Counted from the first letter of the stretch, positions 26,705-36,401 are shown. The stretch: 64,000 bases of DNA from Vulcanimicrobiota bacterium (GCA_003140855.1 PLLF01000111.1:36411-100410); one strand, 5' to 3'. Notes: generated by a model from the letters alone, not told the origin. Made by a program: numbers and translations.

Positions 26705-27665
26705 CAAATCCTGTCCTGAGCGCAGTCGAAGGGGCCCGCCCCGCATAAACCGGCGTCAACAGCTTCCGGTACTTGGGCTCGCCGCCACGCACCAGGCGGT
26801 CATAGAAACTCGCCAGCTTTTGTGTGATTGGACCGATCCGGCCGTCGGCGACGTCGCGACGATCCACCGATCGCACATAGACGACCCCTACGGCAGTGCC
26901 GGTGAAAAAGATCTCCTCGGCGCCGTAGAGCTCGCTGCGATCGATCGCGCGCTCGACCACTTCTAACCCGAACTCGCGCCGCGCAATCTCGATGATTGCC
27001 CGGCGGGTGCAGCCTTCTAACACGTTCTGAGAAGGATCGGGCGTCAGCACAATGCCGTTCTTCACGATGAAAATATTTTCGGCCGAGCCTTCCGCGACGT
27101 GCCCATCGTGCGAAAGCATGATCGCTTCATCGAAGCCGTTTGCAATCGCCTCGCTCTTGGCAAGCGCACTGTTCACGTAGAGGCCCGTGATTTTGGCGCG
27201 CGGCGGCGCGGCCGAATCGTCGGCGCGGCGCCAGGAGCTGACGCCCGCGGCAACCCCGCCGGCGACATCGAGATAATGCGTAAACGGAATCGCAGCGATC
27301 GCAAAAGCGTCGGGAACGTTATGCAAGCGCACGCCCACGTCTTCGGCCGATTTGTACATGAACGGGCGAATGTACGTATCGCTTTCAAAACGATTGCGCG
27401 CGCAAAGCTCCGTTGTGAGCTCTATCAGTTCGTCAACCGTGTGCGGGACGCGCATCAACAAAATCTTCGCGCTGATCGCGAGCCGTTCGAAATGCTCGCG
27501 CAACTGCACGAGATAGAGCTCGCTATCCGCAGCCACCCAATAACCGCGAATGCCTTCGAAACAACCCGTTCCGTATTGTAGTCCGTGCGTTAGCAGGCCG
27601 ACTTTGGCGTCCTCGTAGCTTCGAAATTCGCCGCCGGCGTACACAGTGAGCTCGCTCAGTTTCAC
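26694..27665 (-). CDS. ilvE: Branched-chain amino acid aminotransferase (class IV)
   Basis: 323 aa: GLQYGTGCFEGIRGY, the fold-type IV pattern, and ...LTPVY near the C-terminus followed by a 16-aa tail encoded by repeat copy B. Confidence 0.9.
   Translation of the reverse strand: MKLSELTVYAGGEFRSYEDAKVGLLTHGLQYGTGCFEGIRGYWVAADSELYLVQLREHFERLAISAKILLMRVPHTVDELIELTTELCARNRFESDTYIRPFMYKSAEDVGVRLHNVPDAFAIAAIPFTHYLDVAGGVAAGVSSWRRADDSAAPPRAKITGLYVNSALAKSEAIANGFDEAIMLSHDGHVAEGSAENIFIVKNGIVLTPDPSQNVLEGCTRRAIIEIARREFGLEVVERAIDRSELYGAEEIFFTGTAVGVVYVRSVDRRDVADGRIGPITQKLASFYDRLVRGGEPKYRKLLTPVYAGRAPSTALRTGFATV
26709..26740. repeat. Short repeat element, copy B (arms TCCTGAGCG and AGTCGAAGGG separated by 1 nt)
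   Basis: TCCTGAGCG at 26714-26722 and AGTCGAAGGG at 26724-26733, in the same orientation as copy A. It lies inside the last 16 codons of ilvE on the opposite strand. Confidence 0.5.
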
Positions 27666-27783
27666 GATCGCGACTCCTTACCGCTGGCGCATTCCGCCGC
27701 GCCCCGCCCCGTCCTCCGGCCAAGCGGCCAATGCCGTGACCGCCGAGAGGGGCGCCCATCCGCCATAAGGAGAAACGGGCCGC

Positions 27784-30096
27784 ATGCTCCGACGCGTCCT
27801 GTTCGCAGCGGCCTTTGCGGCCGCCGGCTTTGCCCTCGCCGCAGCGGCGCCGCAACTGCAATCCATTTTGCCCGGCGGCTGGCGCCTGACGCCCCCGACC
27901 GGCCCGCTCGCGACCGTCGGCACGATGCCGCAAGGCATCGCGCTTTCGCCCGATGGCAAGACGCTCGCGGTCGTCGAGGCGGGTGTGAATCCGGCCGCAT
28001 TGCGATTGCTCGATGCAAAAACGTTGGCGACGATCAAAGTTATCCAACTCGCGGGCGCGTTTGGCAAACCAATATGGTGCAGCGGCACGACGGTCTGCGT
28101 CCCGGGCGCCGCGACCGACGCAATTCAAGTCGTCGACACGCAAACCGGCGAGGTCCAGCCGCTTTACCCTTCGGATAAGGGCTCGTGGCCGGTGGCGATC
28201 ACGCGTTTCTTTTCGCGCTCAAACGGAACGACGGTGCCGATCGACGTCATAGCGGACGATCGTAACAGCGCAACCGGCGGAACGATCGATATAGTGCAAT
28301 CGAGTTCCGATGGATCGTTCGGCACCACCGTGGGACAAATAGTGGTTGTCGGGTCGCACCCCGCAATCGCGATTGGATCGCGGGATGGAAACCTCATCTA
28401 CGTCGCGCTGCGCGGACAGAGCTCGGTTGCGGTTCTGGATACGGTTGCTGGCCGCGTGATCAAAGACGTCGCCGTCGGCAAGCATCCCTGCGACCTCGCG
28501 CTTTCAAGCGACGGTTCCGCACTCTTCGTCGCGGTCTGTGACGATGACACAGTGGCCGTGATCGACACGCGCACGAACGAGCGCGTCGCAACGATACGGG
28601 TCGGAATGCGTTCGGCTCGGGTCCACGGGTATGGCGCAAACCCCAATGCGCTGCTCGTCCACGGTAATGATCTTTTCGTGAGTTTGGGCGGAGAGAATTC
28701 GATCGCGCACCTGCGCAAAGGTCGCGTCATCGGGTACATTCCGGCGGGCTGGTATCCGACGGGCCTGGCAATGGGAAACGACGGAACGCTGTACGTCTCT
28801 AATGGCAAGGGCGAACGGGCGCCGCCGAATCCGCAGTTCAATATCCGTAAACGCAGCAACGGCGGGTACGTCGGGGCAATCACGGTCGGGTCCGTACGCG
28901 CAATTCTGCGTGTGGCGTACGACCATATCAACGTCATGACCGCACAAGCCTTGAGCGATCTCATGCCGCTCTGGACGCCGCGCGTTCCGGCGCAAACCGT
29001 TCTCCGCGCACACGGACCGATCTCGCACGTCATTTACATCATCAAAGAGAATCGATCGTACGATCAGGTTCTGGGCGATATCAGCGGCGCCAACGGCGAC
29101 CCGTCGCTCGTGAATTTCGGCCGCGAGATCACGCCCAATCAGCACGCGCTGGCGCAGCGATTCGGCGTCATGGACAACGCTTATGCGGATGCGCAGGTCA
29201 GCGCGGACGGTCACAATTGGACCGACGCTGCCACTGTAAGCGATTACGTCGAACGGACGTGGCCCGTCAGCTATGGCAACCGCCGCGAGGGCTTTGACTC
29301 GCAAAATGGCGTCGGAGCGCCCGTCCCGCACTCGGGTTATCTGTGGGATGACGCTAAACGCGCCGGCGTCACCTATCGCGATTACGGTGAAGGCGATTGT
29401 TGCGGACTTCCCAACAATATTCTAACCTTTCCTGGGTTGGCCGGTCACTATGATCCGGCGTTCGTTGGATGGAATTTGAAATACAGCGATCAGGATCGCT
29501 TCAACGAGTGGAAGCGCGAGTTCGACAAGTTCGTGACGCAGCGGAACCTGCCGCAGCTCGAGATCGTCTATTTTCCAAACGACCACACGTCCGGCACGCA
29601 GCCGAACATGCCCACACCTGAGGCGTTCGTTGCAACAAACGACTGGGTGGTCGGGCAGCTCGTCGATGCGGTTTCCCATTCGCCATACTGGAAGTCGACC
29701 GCCATTTTCATTCTCGAGGACGACGCGCAGAACGGGCCGGACCACGTGAGCGACCAGCGTTCGACGTTTTATATTGCAAGCCCATATGCGCGCGGCGGCA
29801 TCGATCATACGCATTACTCTACCGTGAGCTTCGTGCGCACGATCGAATTGCTGTTGGGTTTGGCGCCGCTTTCGATCGCGGATACGACGACCCATCCGCT
29901 CTACAATCTCTTTGCAGTGCAACCGGTCAATGCCAAGCCTTACGACGCGATCAAACCGGCCATAGACATGAATGCGATCAATACGAAGGCCGCATACGGC
30001 TCGGCAATCAGTGCGCACCTCGATTTCAGCAAACCTGACGCCGCGAATCCGGCAGTCTTGAACGACATTCTCGAACACGCGGTCCGCCGCCGGTAA
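27784..30096 (+). CDS. Secreted beta-propeller (YVTN/YncE-like repeats) fused to a phosphoesterase-family (phospholipase C / acid phosphatase) domain
   Basis: Signal peptide. Repeated LSPDGKTLAVV / LSSDGSALFVA propeller blades in the N-terminal half. The C-terminal half starts with HVIYIIKENRSYDQVLGD, typical of the phosphoesterase family. Confidence 0.8.
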   Translation: MLRRVLFAAAFAAAGFALAAAAPQLQSILPGGWRLTPPTGPLATVGTMPQGIALSPDGKTLAVVEAGVNPAALRLLDAKTLATIKVIQLAGAFGKPIWCSGTTVCVPGAATDAIQVVDTQTGEVQPLYPSDKGSWPVAITRFFSRSNGTTVPIDVIADDRNSATGGTIDIVQSSSDGSFGTTVGQIVVVGSHPAIAIGSRDGNLIYVALRGQSSVAVLDTVAGRVIKDVAVGKHPCDLALSSDGSALFVAVCDDDTVAVIDTRTNERVATIRVGMRSARVHGYGANPNALLVHGNDLFVSLGGENSIAHLRKGRVIGYIPAGWYPTGLAMGNDGTLYVSNGKGERAPPNPQFNIRKRSNGGYVGAITVGSVRAILRVAYDHINVMTAQALSDLMPLWTPRVPAQTVLRAHGPISHVIYIIKENRSYDQVLGDISGANGDPSLVNFGREITPNQHALAQRFGVMDNAYADAQVSADGHNWTDAATVSDYVERTWPVSYGNRREGFDSQNGVGAPVPHSGYLWDDAKRAGVTYRDYGEGDCCGLPNNILTFPGLAGHYDPAFVGWNLKYSDQDRFNEWKREFDKFVTQRNLPQLEIVYFPNDHTSGTQPNMPTPEAFVATNDWVVGQLVDAVSHSPYWKSTAIFILEDDAQNGPDHVSDQRSTFYIASPYARGGIDHTHYSTVSFVRTIELLLGLAPLSIADTTTHPLYNLFAVQPVNAKPYDAIKPAIDMNAINTKAAYGSAISAHLDFSKPDAANPAVLNDILEHAVRRR

Positions 30097-30098
30097 GC

Positions 30099-30941
30099 AT
30101 GCACGTAGGCGATCGGCCCGGGTTGACCACGCCGGCAGCGGTGCTCGCGTTGGAACGCGAGCATCGTCGCGAACTGGTCGACGATCTCGCAACTGAAGAG
30201 CCGCTCGAGATTCGGCTGGCTGCGGGCGGTCAAACGCGGAGCCTGGCGATCACGATGCGCACGCCCGGCAACGACTTCGAACTGGCGGCGGGCTTCTTAT
30301 TTTCCGAAGGCGTCGTCTCCGCGCGTGACGATATCGTTGGAATCGAATACTGCGTCGACCCGTCGATCGATGCCGAACAGCGATATAACATCGTGACCGT
30401 CGAACTCGCCGGCGACATGCCGGCCCTGGAACGGCTCGAACGGCATTTCACCGTAAACAGTTCGTGCGGCGTGTGCGGCAAGGCCAGCATCGAAGCGCTG
30501 CAAGTGCGCGCGCAGCCGATTGCCGATCAACTTCAAGTTTCGTACGAATTCGTGGCGGAGCTTCCGGATAAAATGCGCAGCGCACAACGCATATTCGCCT
30601 CGACCGGCGGCTTGCACGCAAGCGCGCTCTTCGACAAGCGCGGCAATCTGCTGACGCTGCGCGAGGACGTTGGCAGGCACAACGCGCTCGATAAAATCAT
30701 CGGCTGGGCGCTCTTGAACGGTCGCCTGCCGTTACGCGAGTGCGTCGTGCTGGTGAGCGGCCGCGCCAGTTATGAGCTGCTGCAAAAAAGTGTCACGGCG
30801 GGCATTCCGATCGTCTGCGCGGTCTCTGCCCCGAGCAGCCTCGCCGTTGAAACCGCCCGCGCCTTCAATGTCACTCTATGTGGCTTTGTGCGCGGATCGA
30901 AGTGTAACGTTTACAGCGCGCCAGAGCGCATCATCGCTTAA
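30099..30941 (+). CDS. fdhD: Formate dehydrogenase accessory sulfurtransferase FdhD
   Basis: 280 aa with the SSCGVCGK active-site loop and GRHNALDK and VSGRASYE motifs. Confidence 0.9.
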   Translation: MHVGDRPGLTTPAAVLALEREHRRELVDDLATEEPLEIRLAAGGQTRSLAITMRTPGNDFELAAGFLFSEGVVSARDDIVGIEYCVDPSIDAEQRYNIVTVELAGDMPALERLERHFTVNSSCGVCGKASIEALQVRAQPIADQLQVSYEFVAELPDKMRSAQRIFASTGGLHASALFDKRGNLLTLREDVGRHNALDKIIGWALLNGRLPLRECVVLVSGRASYELLQKSVTAGIPIVCAVSAPSSLAVETARAFNVTLCGFVRGSKCNVYSAPERIIA

Positions 30942-32661
30942 CGCGCTCGCGTTTTAAGCGCACGAACTCCAGCACGCCTTCTAGCGGCCGCGCGTTGAGA
31001 ACATCGTCGCGCGTAAGCCCAGCCCGCCGCGCCTGGCCGATCGACAGTTCGATGTTCGCGAGCTGCGTCGCGTCGTGCGCGTCGCTGTCGACCGTCAGGG
31101 TCACGCCGAACATTTTGGCGCGGCGCGCAAGATTGGCCGGCAAGTCGAACCGCTTGGCCTGACCGTCCATTTCGAGCGCCGTTCCGGTGCGCGCGGCGGC
31201 CGCAAACACGGCGTCGTAATCGAATTCGTAGCCGCCGAACCCCTCCAGCGTGCGGCCGGTCGGGTGCCCGATGATCGTCACGTATGGGCTTTCGATCGCG
31301 CGGATTAGCCGCGCCGTCATCTCATCGCGCGTTTGCCGGAACGCCGAGTGCACGCTGCCAATCACAATGTCCATCTCTGCCAGCACGTCGTCGGGAAAAT
31401 CCATCGACCCGTCGGGCAAGATGTCCACCTCACTGCCCCACAGCGTGCGCAGACCGTACTTGTCACCGAGTTCGCGGAGCGTGGCGTGTTGTTTGCGCAG
31501 TTCGTCGGCGCTGCAGCCGATCACGCCGCGCGCCGGCGAGTGATCGGTGATGGCGTGATACTCGTAGCCGCGCGCTGCCGCGGCGGCGATCATCTCTTCG
31601 AGCGTCTGCCTTCCGTCGCTCCACGTCGAGTGCATGTGAAAATCACCGCGCACATCTGCGACTTCCAGCAGCTCCGGAACCTCGTTGCGCAAAGCCAGCT
31701 CGACTTCGCCGATGCCGCTGCGCAGCTCCGGCGGAATGTACTGCATGCCGAGCGCCGCATAGACGCCGAGCTCGTCGCGGCTGGTAATGACGTCACCGGT
31801 TTCCAGATTGAGGATGCCGTTTTCGCTGACGCGTAGATTCTTACGCGTGGCGTGCTCGCGCACTTGGATGTTGTGCTCGCGGCTGCCGGTGAAATGCTGC
31901 AGCAGATTTCCGTACAAATGGTCGGGCAGCACGCGCAGGTCGATCTGCAGACCGTCTTCGAGCCAAATGCTTCCCTTCGTCGGCCCTTCAGCGAGTACGG
32001 CGCGCGCGCGATCCCAGCGCACGAAGTGATCTACGACTTCAGCGGCGGCATCGGACGTGCACACGATGTCGATGTCGCCGACCGTAACCTCCTTGCGCCG
32101 TAGACTGCCCGCAAACTCTATCCGGTGCACGGGCGGTCCGGCTTCGAGATAGGTTATCGCATCGTGCGCGACGCGCAGCGCGCGCGGCAGCGGCGTCCGC
32201 CGCAAGCGGCCGCGATAGGCCAAGATACCGCGCCGGATGTTTTCGATTGTCTTGGGTCCCATCCGCGGCGCTTCTGCCAGCACGCCCGAATCGATCGCAC
32301 GTTCCAAATCGGTCAGCGAACCGATGCCGTACTGCTCGAAGAGCATCGCGCCGGTTTTGATTCCGATGCCCGACACGCCGAGCACTTCGAAAATCGTCGG
32401 CGGGTAGCGCTGCTGCAGCAACTCGAGTTGCGCGCTCGTGCCGGTGCGCACGATCTCTTCGATCGTCGCGGCCAGCGATTTACCGATGCCCGGCAGCGTG
32501 GTCAGTTCGCCGGCCGCGAGCAGATCGGCGACGGGCGGCGCATTTTCGAGCGTGGCGGCGGCCCGCTCGTAGGCCGTGTACTTGTAGAACGTCTCGCCGG
32601 CGAGTTCCATGAGCTTCCGGATGCGCAGCAGGGTCTCGGCAATCTCCGTATTCGAGGGCAC
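30931..32661 (-). CDS. polX: Family X DNA polymerase with C-terminal PHP phosphoesterase domain
   Basis: N-terminal helix-hairpin-helix region (NTEIAETLLRI...YKYTAYERAA, LPGIGKSLA), a GSLRR..VTVGDIDI nucleotidyltransferase motif, and a PHP domain (GDFHMHSTWSDG...HAITDHS). GTG start. Confidence 0.9.
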   Translation of the reverse strand: MPSNTEIAETLLRIRKLMELAGETFYKYTAYERAAATLENAPPVADLLAAGELTTLPGIGKSLAATIEEIVRTGTSAQLELLQQRYPPTIFEVLGVSGIGIKTGAMLFEQYGIGSLTDLERAIDSGVLAEAPRMGPKTIENIRRGILAYRGRLRRTPLPRALRVAHDAITYLEAGPPVHRIEFAGSLRRKEVTVGDIDIVCTSDAAAEVVDHFVRWDRARAVLAEGPTKGSIWLEDGLQIDLRVLPDHLYGNLLQHFTGSREHNIQVREHATRKNLRVSENGILNLETGDVITSRDELGVYAALGMQYIPPELRSGIGEVELALRNEVPELLEVADVRGDFHMHSTWSDGRQTLEEMIAAAAARGYEYHAITDHSPARGVIGCSADELRKQHATLRELGDKYGLRTLWGSEVDILPDGSMDFPDDVLAEMDIVIGSVHSAFRQTRDEMTARLIRAIESPYVTIIGHPTGRTLEGFGGYEFDYDAVFAAAARTGTALEMDGQAKRFDLPANLARRAKMFGVTLTVDSDAHDATQLANIELSIGQARRAGLTRDDVLNARPLEGVLEFVRLKRERVKR

Positions 32662-32690
32662 TTCGCGATTTTCAACGTATAGGCACTAAC

Positions 32691-33797
32691 GTGCCTACCA
32701 GATTGCCGCCCGATATCTTCAATTTGCCCGTCGAGAAGATGCGCGACGGCTATTACTCCGATACGTACTTCAACCGCGCGCGCCAGATCCTCGAGCGCGA
32801 CGGCTACCATCCGTCCGTGCGCATGCAGGTTTTTCAGCGCAGCGATGCCGTGCTCTGCGGCATCGACGAGGCGATCGCAATTTTACGCCTGTGCTCGGGG
32901 CGGCGGCTGCCTTCGGGTGAATGGGAGGACGGCTGGAGCAGGCTGCGCGTCTATGCACTCTATGACGGCGACAGCATCGCCCCGTATGAAACCGCGCTGA
33001 TGATTGAGGGCGATTATGCGTTGTTCGCGCATTTGGAAACGTGCTACCTCGGCGTGCTCTCGCGCCGCACGCGTATCGCAACCAACGCGCGCGAAATCGT
33101 CACCGCCGCCAATGGCAAACAAGTGCTCTTCTTTCCGGCGCGTTTCGACCATCATCTCGTGCAAACCGGGGATGGATACGCCGCCTATATCTCGGGCGCA
33201 TTGGGCGTTTCGACCGATGCAAACGCCGAATGGTGGGGCGCCGCCGGCATGGGAACGGTTCCGCACGCGCTGATCGCGGCCTACGACGGCGACACGGTGC
33301 TCGCAACGCGAAAATTCGCCGAGTACATCGATCCTGGTGTTAACCTGATCTCGCTCGTTGATTTCGATAACGATTGCGTCGGCACGAGTTTGGCCGTCGC
33401 GCGCGCGCTGGGCGATCGCCTGTGGGGCGTGCGCTTGGACACATCTGGAACGCTCGTCGACAAATCGATCTGGAACATGATGGGCACCTTCAAACCCACT
33501 GGCGTCATTCCGCAACTCGTGTTCAACGTGCGGCGCGCGCTGGATGCCGAAGGTTTCAAACACGTGCGCATCGTCGTCAGCGGCGGCTTTACCGCGCAGC
33601 GCATTCGCGAATTCGAACGCGATCACGTTCCGGTCGATGCGTATGCCGTCGGCGGCGCGTTCTTCCTGGGCGCGGGCAGCGGCCGCACCGAGTATACCGC
33701 GGATGTTGTCGCGATCGAAGTTAACGGCGCGTGGCGCGAGTGCCACAAAGTCGGCCGTCCGGAACGGCCGAATCCGCGCTTACAGTTGGTAAAGTAA
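32691..33797 (+). CDS. Nicotinate phosphoribosyltransferase-like enzyme (type II PRTase fold)
   Basis: N-terminal GYYSDTYFNRA, plus GTVPHALI and RLDTSG motifs. 368 aa. GTG start. Confidence 0.75.
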   Translation: MPTRLPPDIFNLPVEKMRDGYYSDTYFNRARQILERDGYHPSVRMQVFQRSDAVLCGIDEAIAILRLCSGRRLPSGEWEDGWSRLRVYALYDGDSIAPYETALMIEGDYALFAHLETCYLGVLSRRTRIATNAREIVTAANGKQVLFFPARFDHHLVQTGDGYAAYISGALGVSTDANAEWWGAAGMGTVPHALIAAYDGDTVLATRKFAEYIDPGVNLISLVDFDNDCVGTSLAVARALGDRLWGVRLDTSGTLVDKSIWNMMGTFKPTGVIPQLVFNVRRALDAEGFKHVRIVVSGGFTAQRIREFERDHVPVDAYAVGGAFFLGAGSGRTEYTADVVAIEVNGAWRECHKVGRPERPNPRLQLVK

Positions 33798-33798
33798 C

Positions 33799-34359
33799 GT
33801 GCTGCTGGAAATGCGCGACGCAACTTTCGCGCAGCGCGGAACGCAACTCGTTCCTCCACAAACTCTCGAATTGGACGAAGGCGGCAGGCTCGCGCATCCG
33901 TGCGCGGACAACCGCGCCGCATCGATCGTCGCGATGATGGCGGCCGGCCTGGTGCGTGCGACGGACGGCCGCGTCTTCGTCGGCGCGTTCGATCCGCGCA
34001 TCCAGCCGGTGCACGTGAAGCGGCTGGCCGGTTACGTTCCGCACGATGCCCTGCCGTACGAATTCTCGACTTTCGAACACTATATCGAATATCGCGCAGC
34101 CTTATGGCAGTTGCCGCAAGCCGAAAGCGTCGTGCGCGCCCGCCGCATCTTGGCGGGACTCAATGGCATCCACGAGTCGTTTGCCTATCCGCTGGCCGGC
34201 GCGCTCATCGCGCTTCCGCGGTTATTAGTGCTGGATCGGCCGCAAGCGCTCTATGCACCGCAAATCATCGTTGCTGCACAGACGTGCGCGATTTTTTCAA
34301 CGCACGGTTCTGGCGACGACGCAGCTCGATTCATGGAAGCGTGCGGCTTACCCGTATGA
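33799..34359 (+). CDS. ABC-ATPase-fold protein with degenerate catalytic motifs
   Basis: Collinear with ABC NBDs (GRVFVG...LAGYVPHD, LLVLDRP, IFSTHG). HPCADNRAAS stands where Walker A should be, there is no LSGGQ, and Walker B reads DR instead of DE. It starts 1 nt after the NAPRTase stop. Confidence 0.45.
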   Translation: MLLEMRDATFAQRGTQLVPPQTLELDEGGRLAHPCADNRAASIVAMMAAGLVRATDGRVFVGAFDPRIQPVHVKRLAGYVPHDALPYEFSTFEHYIEYRAALWQLPQAESVVRARRILAGLNGIHESFAYPLAGALIALPRLLVLDRPQALYAPQIIVAAQTCAIFSTHGSGDDAARFMEACGLPV

Positions 34360-34952
34360 TGTATGAATCGACTGCCTCGGCGATAGCGTTCACGCGCTTG
34401 CAGCGGATGGCCGGTCAGATTCTGTACGTCGCAGCGGCATCAGCGTTGTTCGCAGCGCTGCAAATGCACTTGGACTTGGCGGCCCATGCCACCGGATCGA
34501 TCCTTTTTGGGTCGCTCGCCGGCATGTATTTGGCACTGGCGCAGCGGGGCGGACGGATGCGCGAGCTGGAATTGTGTGAGCAAAGCGCGCCGCTCTATGC
34601 GCGCGAGTTGGCGCGCGCGATTGCGCTGGTTCCATGTCTCGGCGTTACAACCGCGCTGGCGGCGTATTGGCTCGTCACGCTGATTTCATCGGGCCCAAGC
34701 ACTTTGGCCGCCATGCCTATTTTCTTGTCAGTGGCGTGCGCGTGCGCCGTTTCGATCGTTGCCCTGTGCGCAACGGTGCGCGCGGGCGTGTGGCAATTGT
34801 CTTATCTTCTCTTGGCGGCCGCGCTTGCAGCGATCGTCGCCGCGCTCGAATTTCCCCAACCGCCCGCTGCGTTTTTGTTTTGCGCGATGGCCGGCTTCAT
34901 CGGGTTACGCCAATACGGCGAAGCGTTGGCGAGGTGGAATCCCGTCACTTAG
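34356..34952 (+). CDS. Hypothetical polytopic membrane protein
   Basis: ATGATG at 34356 overlaps the stop of the preceding gene (ATGA). About 198 aa with 5-6 hydrophobic helices. The track ORF from 33900 is an upstream extension in the same frame. Confidence 0.45.
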   Translation: MMYESTASAIAFTRLQRMAGQILYVAAASALFAALQMHLDLAAHATGSILFGSLAGMYLALAQRGGRMRELELCEQSAPLYARELARAIALVPCLGVTTALAAYWLVTLISSGPSTLAAMPIFLSVACACAVSIVALCATVRAGVWQLSYLLLAAALAAIVAALEFPQPPAAFLFCAMAGFIGLRQYGEALARWNPVT

Positions 34953-34967
34953 GCTGTTAAAGGAATC

Positions 34968-35285
34968 GTGGACATGCGATATTCTTTTCGCTCGGCATTA
35001 ATTTCAGGCGTCGCTGCCGCCATCATCTGTGTCGCCGCGGCTTCTGTAGCCGCCGTCCGCAATTGCGGCATCTCCGGCGATAGCGAAACTGCGGGCGCGG
35101 CGGTCTTCGTAGTCCTTATGGGCCGAAACGCCATTATCGCGTTCGTTGTTGCCTGCTTCTTGTTCGGTGGATGGAAGCCGATCGCCGATAGGTTATTGTA
35201 TTTCCTCGCAACGCTGTTAGTCATTGCCGTTGCAGCGGTGATCATGTTAACGCCACCGTATCAGGGACCGTGTACCCCGATTTGA
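34968..35285 (+). CDS. Hypothetical small membrane protein
   Basis: 105 aa with three hydrophobic segments, in an AT-richer stretch. GTG start (ATG 34974 alternative). Confidence 0.35.
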   Translation: MDMRYSFRSALISGVAAAIICVAAASVAAVRNCGISGDSETAGAAVFVVLMGRNAIIAFVVACFLFGGWKPIADRLLYFLATLLVIAVAAVIMLTPPYQGPCTPI

Positions 35286-35312
35286 TTCGAGGTACGGCGG
35301 GCGAAGGACTGA

Positions 35313-35876
35313 CTATACTACGGGTGTAGGAATTGCCGTCGCGAGCTTTTCGACAATCGCGCGATTGAATTGCGGCAGATCCTCAGGCGTGCGCGACGTC
35401 ACCCAGTTGCCGTCTTGCACGACCGGCTGATCGCGATATAACCCGCCGGCATTGCGGATGTCGTCGGCGATTGCGGGAACGCCCGTCAGCTGCCGGCCGC
35501 GCACGATCTGCGCGGAGATCAATACTTGCGGGCCGTGGCAAATCACGAACATCGGCTTCTTGACCGCATCGAACTCGCGCACCAAACGTTGGACGTCCTT
35601 ATTCGTGCGGATGTGATCCGGAGAGGTGCCTCCCGGAATGAGCAGCGCATCGAAATCTTCGGCGGTCACGTCCGCGACGAGCTCTTCGGCCTTCACGCTT
35701 TGGCCCTCGTCCAATCCGCGCTTCCCGCGAATTTTTTGGCGCGACTTCTCGTCGATCCCGACGATCGTGACGATTGCGCCCGCTTCTTCTAGGGCGCGGC
35801 GGGGCTCGGTAAGTTCAGATTCCTCAAAGCCGTCGCCGACCAGCGCGGCGATCCGTTTTCCTTCTACTGATTGCAT
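35313..35876 (-). CDS. DJ-1/PfpI family protein (type 1 glutamine amidotransferase-like)
   Basis: Nucleophile-elbow motif VICHGPQVL, LLIPGG, and a 187-aa size typical of the PfpI/YhbO subgroup. Confidence 0.85.
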   Translation of the reverse strand: MQSVEGKRIAALVGDGFEESELTEPRRALEEAGAIVTIVGIDEKSRQKIRGKRGLDEGQSVKAEELVADVTAEDFDALLIPGGTSPDHIRTNKDVQRLVREFDAVKKPMFVICHGPQVLISAQIVRGRQLTGVPAIADDIRNAGGLYRDQPVVQDGNWVTSRTPEDLPQFNRAIVEKLATAIPTPVV

Positions 35877-35909
35877 CCGCCTCGGGTTCTCTGGCGGGGC
35901 GACCTGAGC

Positions 35910-36401
35910 CTACGAAGGGCCGCCGATCTGCTGCGCAGCCGCGCGAAGCAAGTAGGCCAGCTCCAGCTCGACTTTGCCGGCCGCGTCGAGGATGGGGTCC
36001 TCCATCATTGCTTTGATCGTCGGGTTCCGTTTGGTCATGTCGGCTTCGGGAACGCGGTGGCGCGGATTGATCTCGCGCATGTAGATGCGCGCGTCGTAAC
36101 GCACTTGGCCCTCCGGCAAGAAATAGAGCGGGTCCAATCCGAAAGCGTAGAGTTCGAGCGAGAGCAAGCCTGTATGCTGCATGAACTCGATCGGCTTGGT
36201 GCGCAGCGCAACGATTGACCGCGCCAGCGCCGCCAGCGCTAAGCGCCGCTCACCTGTGTATACCTCTTGCAGCTGATCGACGGTGAGGCCGCACGCTTCC
36301 GCCAAACGTTCGTCGGAAACCTCACGCTCCGTCGCATACGCTTTGAGGCTCGACCCGAATTCCGGACCGCCGGCAGTGCCGGCTACGGGATCCCAATTCA
36401 T
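35910..36401 (-). CDS. Hypothetical protein with an XRE-like helix-turn-helix N-terminus and an unknown C-terminal domain
   Basis: The ATG at 36401 overlaps the stop of the upstream SDR (ATGA). SDERLAEACGLTVDQLQEVYTGERR resembles an HTH. I do not recognise the remaining 100 aa. Confidence 0.45.
   Translation of the reverse strand: MNWDPVAGTAGGPEFGSSLKAYATEREVSDERLAEACGLTVDQLQEVYTGERRLALAALARSIVALRTKPIEFMQHTGLLSLELYAFGLDPLYFLPEGQVRYDARIYMREINPRHRVPEADMTKRNPTIKAMMEDPILDAAGKVELELAYLLRAAAQQIGGPS

Noticed and set aside
33900-34355. 152-codon upstream extension of the membrane protein ORF (track ORF 33900-34952); similar extensions at 36892-37221, 39340-39474, 39414-39596, 41891-41980, 49251-50306 and 55729-55842
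   Set aside because: All are Arg/Pro-rich, overlap neighbouring genes, and are followed by an internal ATG that yields a proper signal peptide or family N-terminus, often with ATGA coupling.
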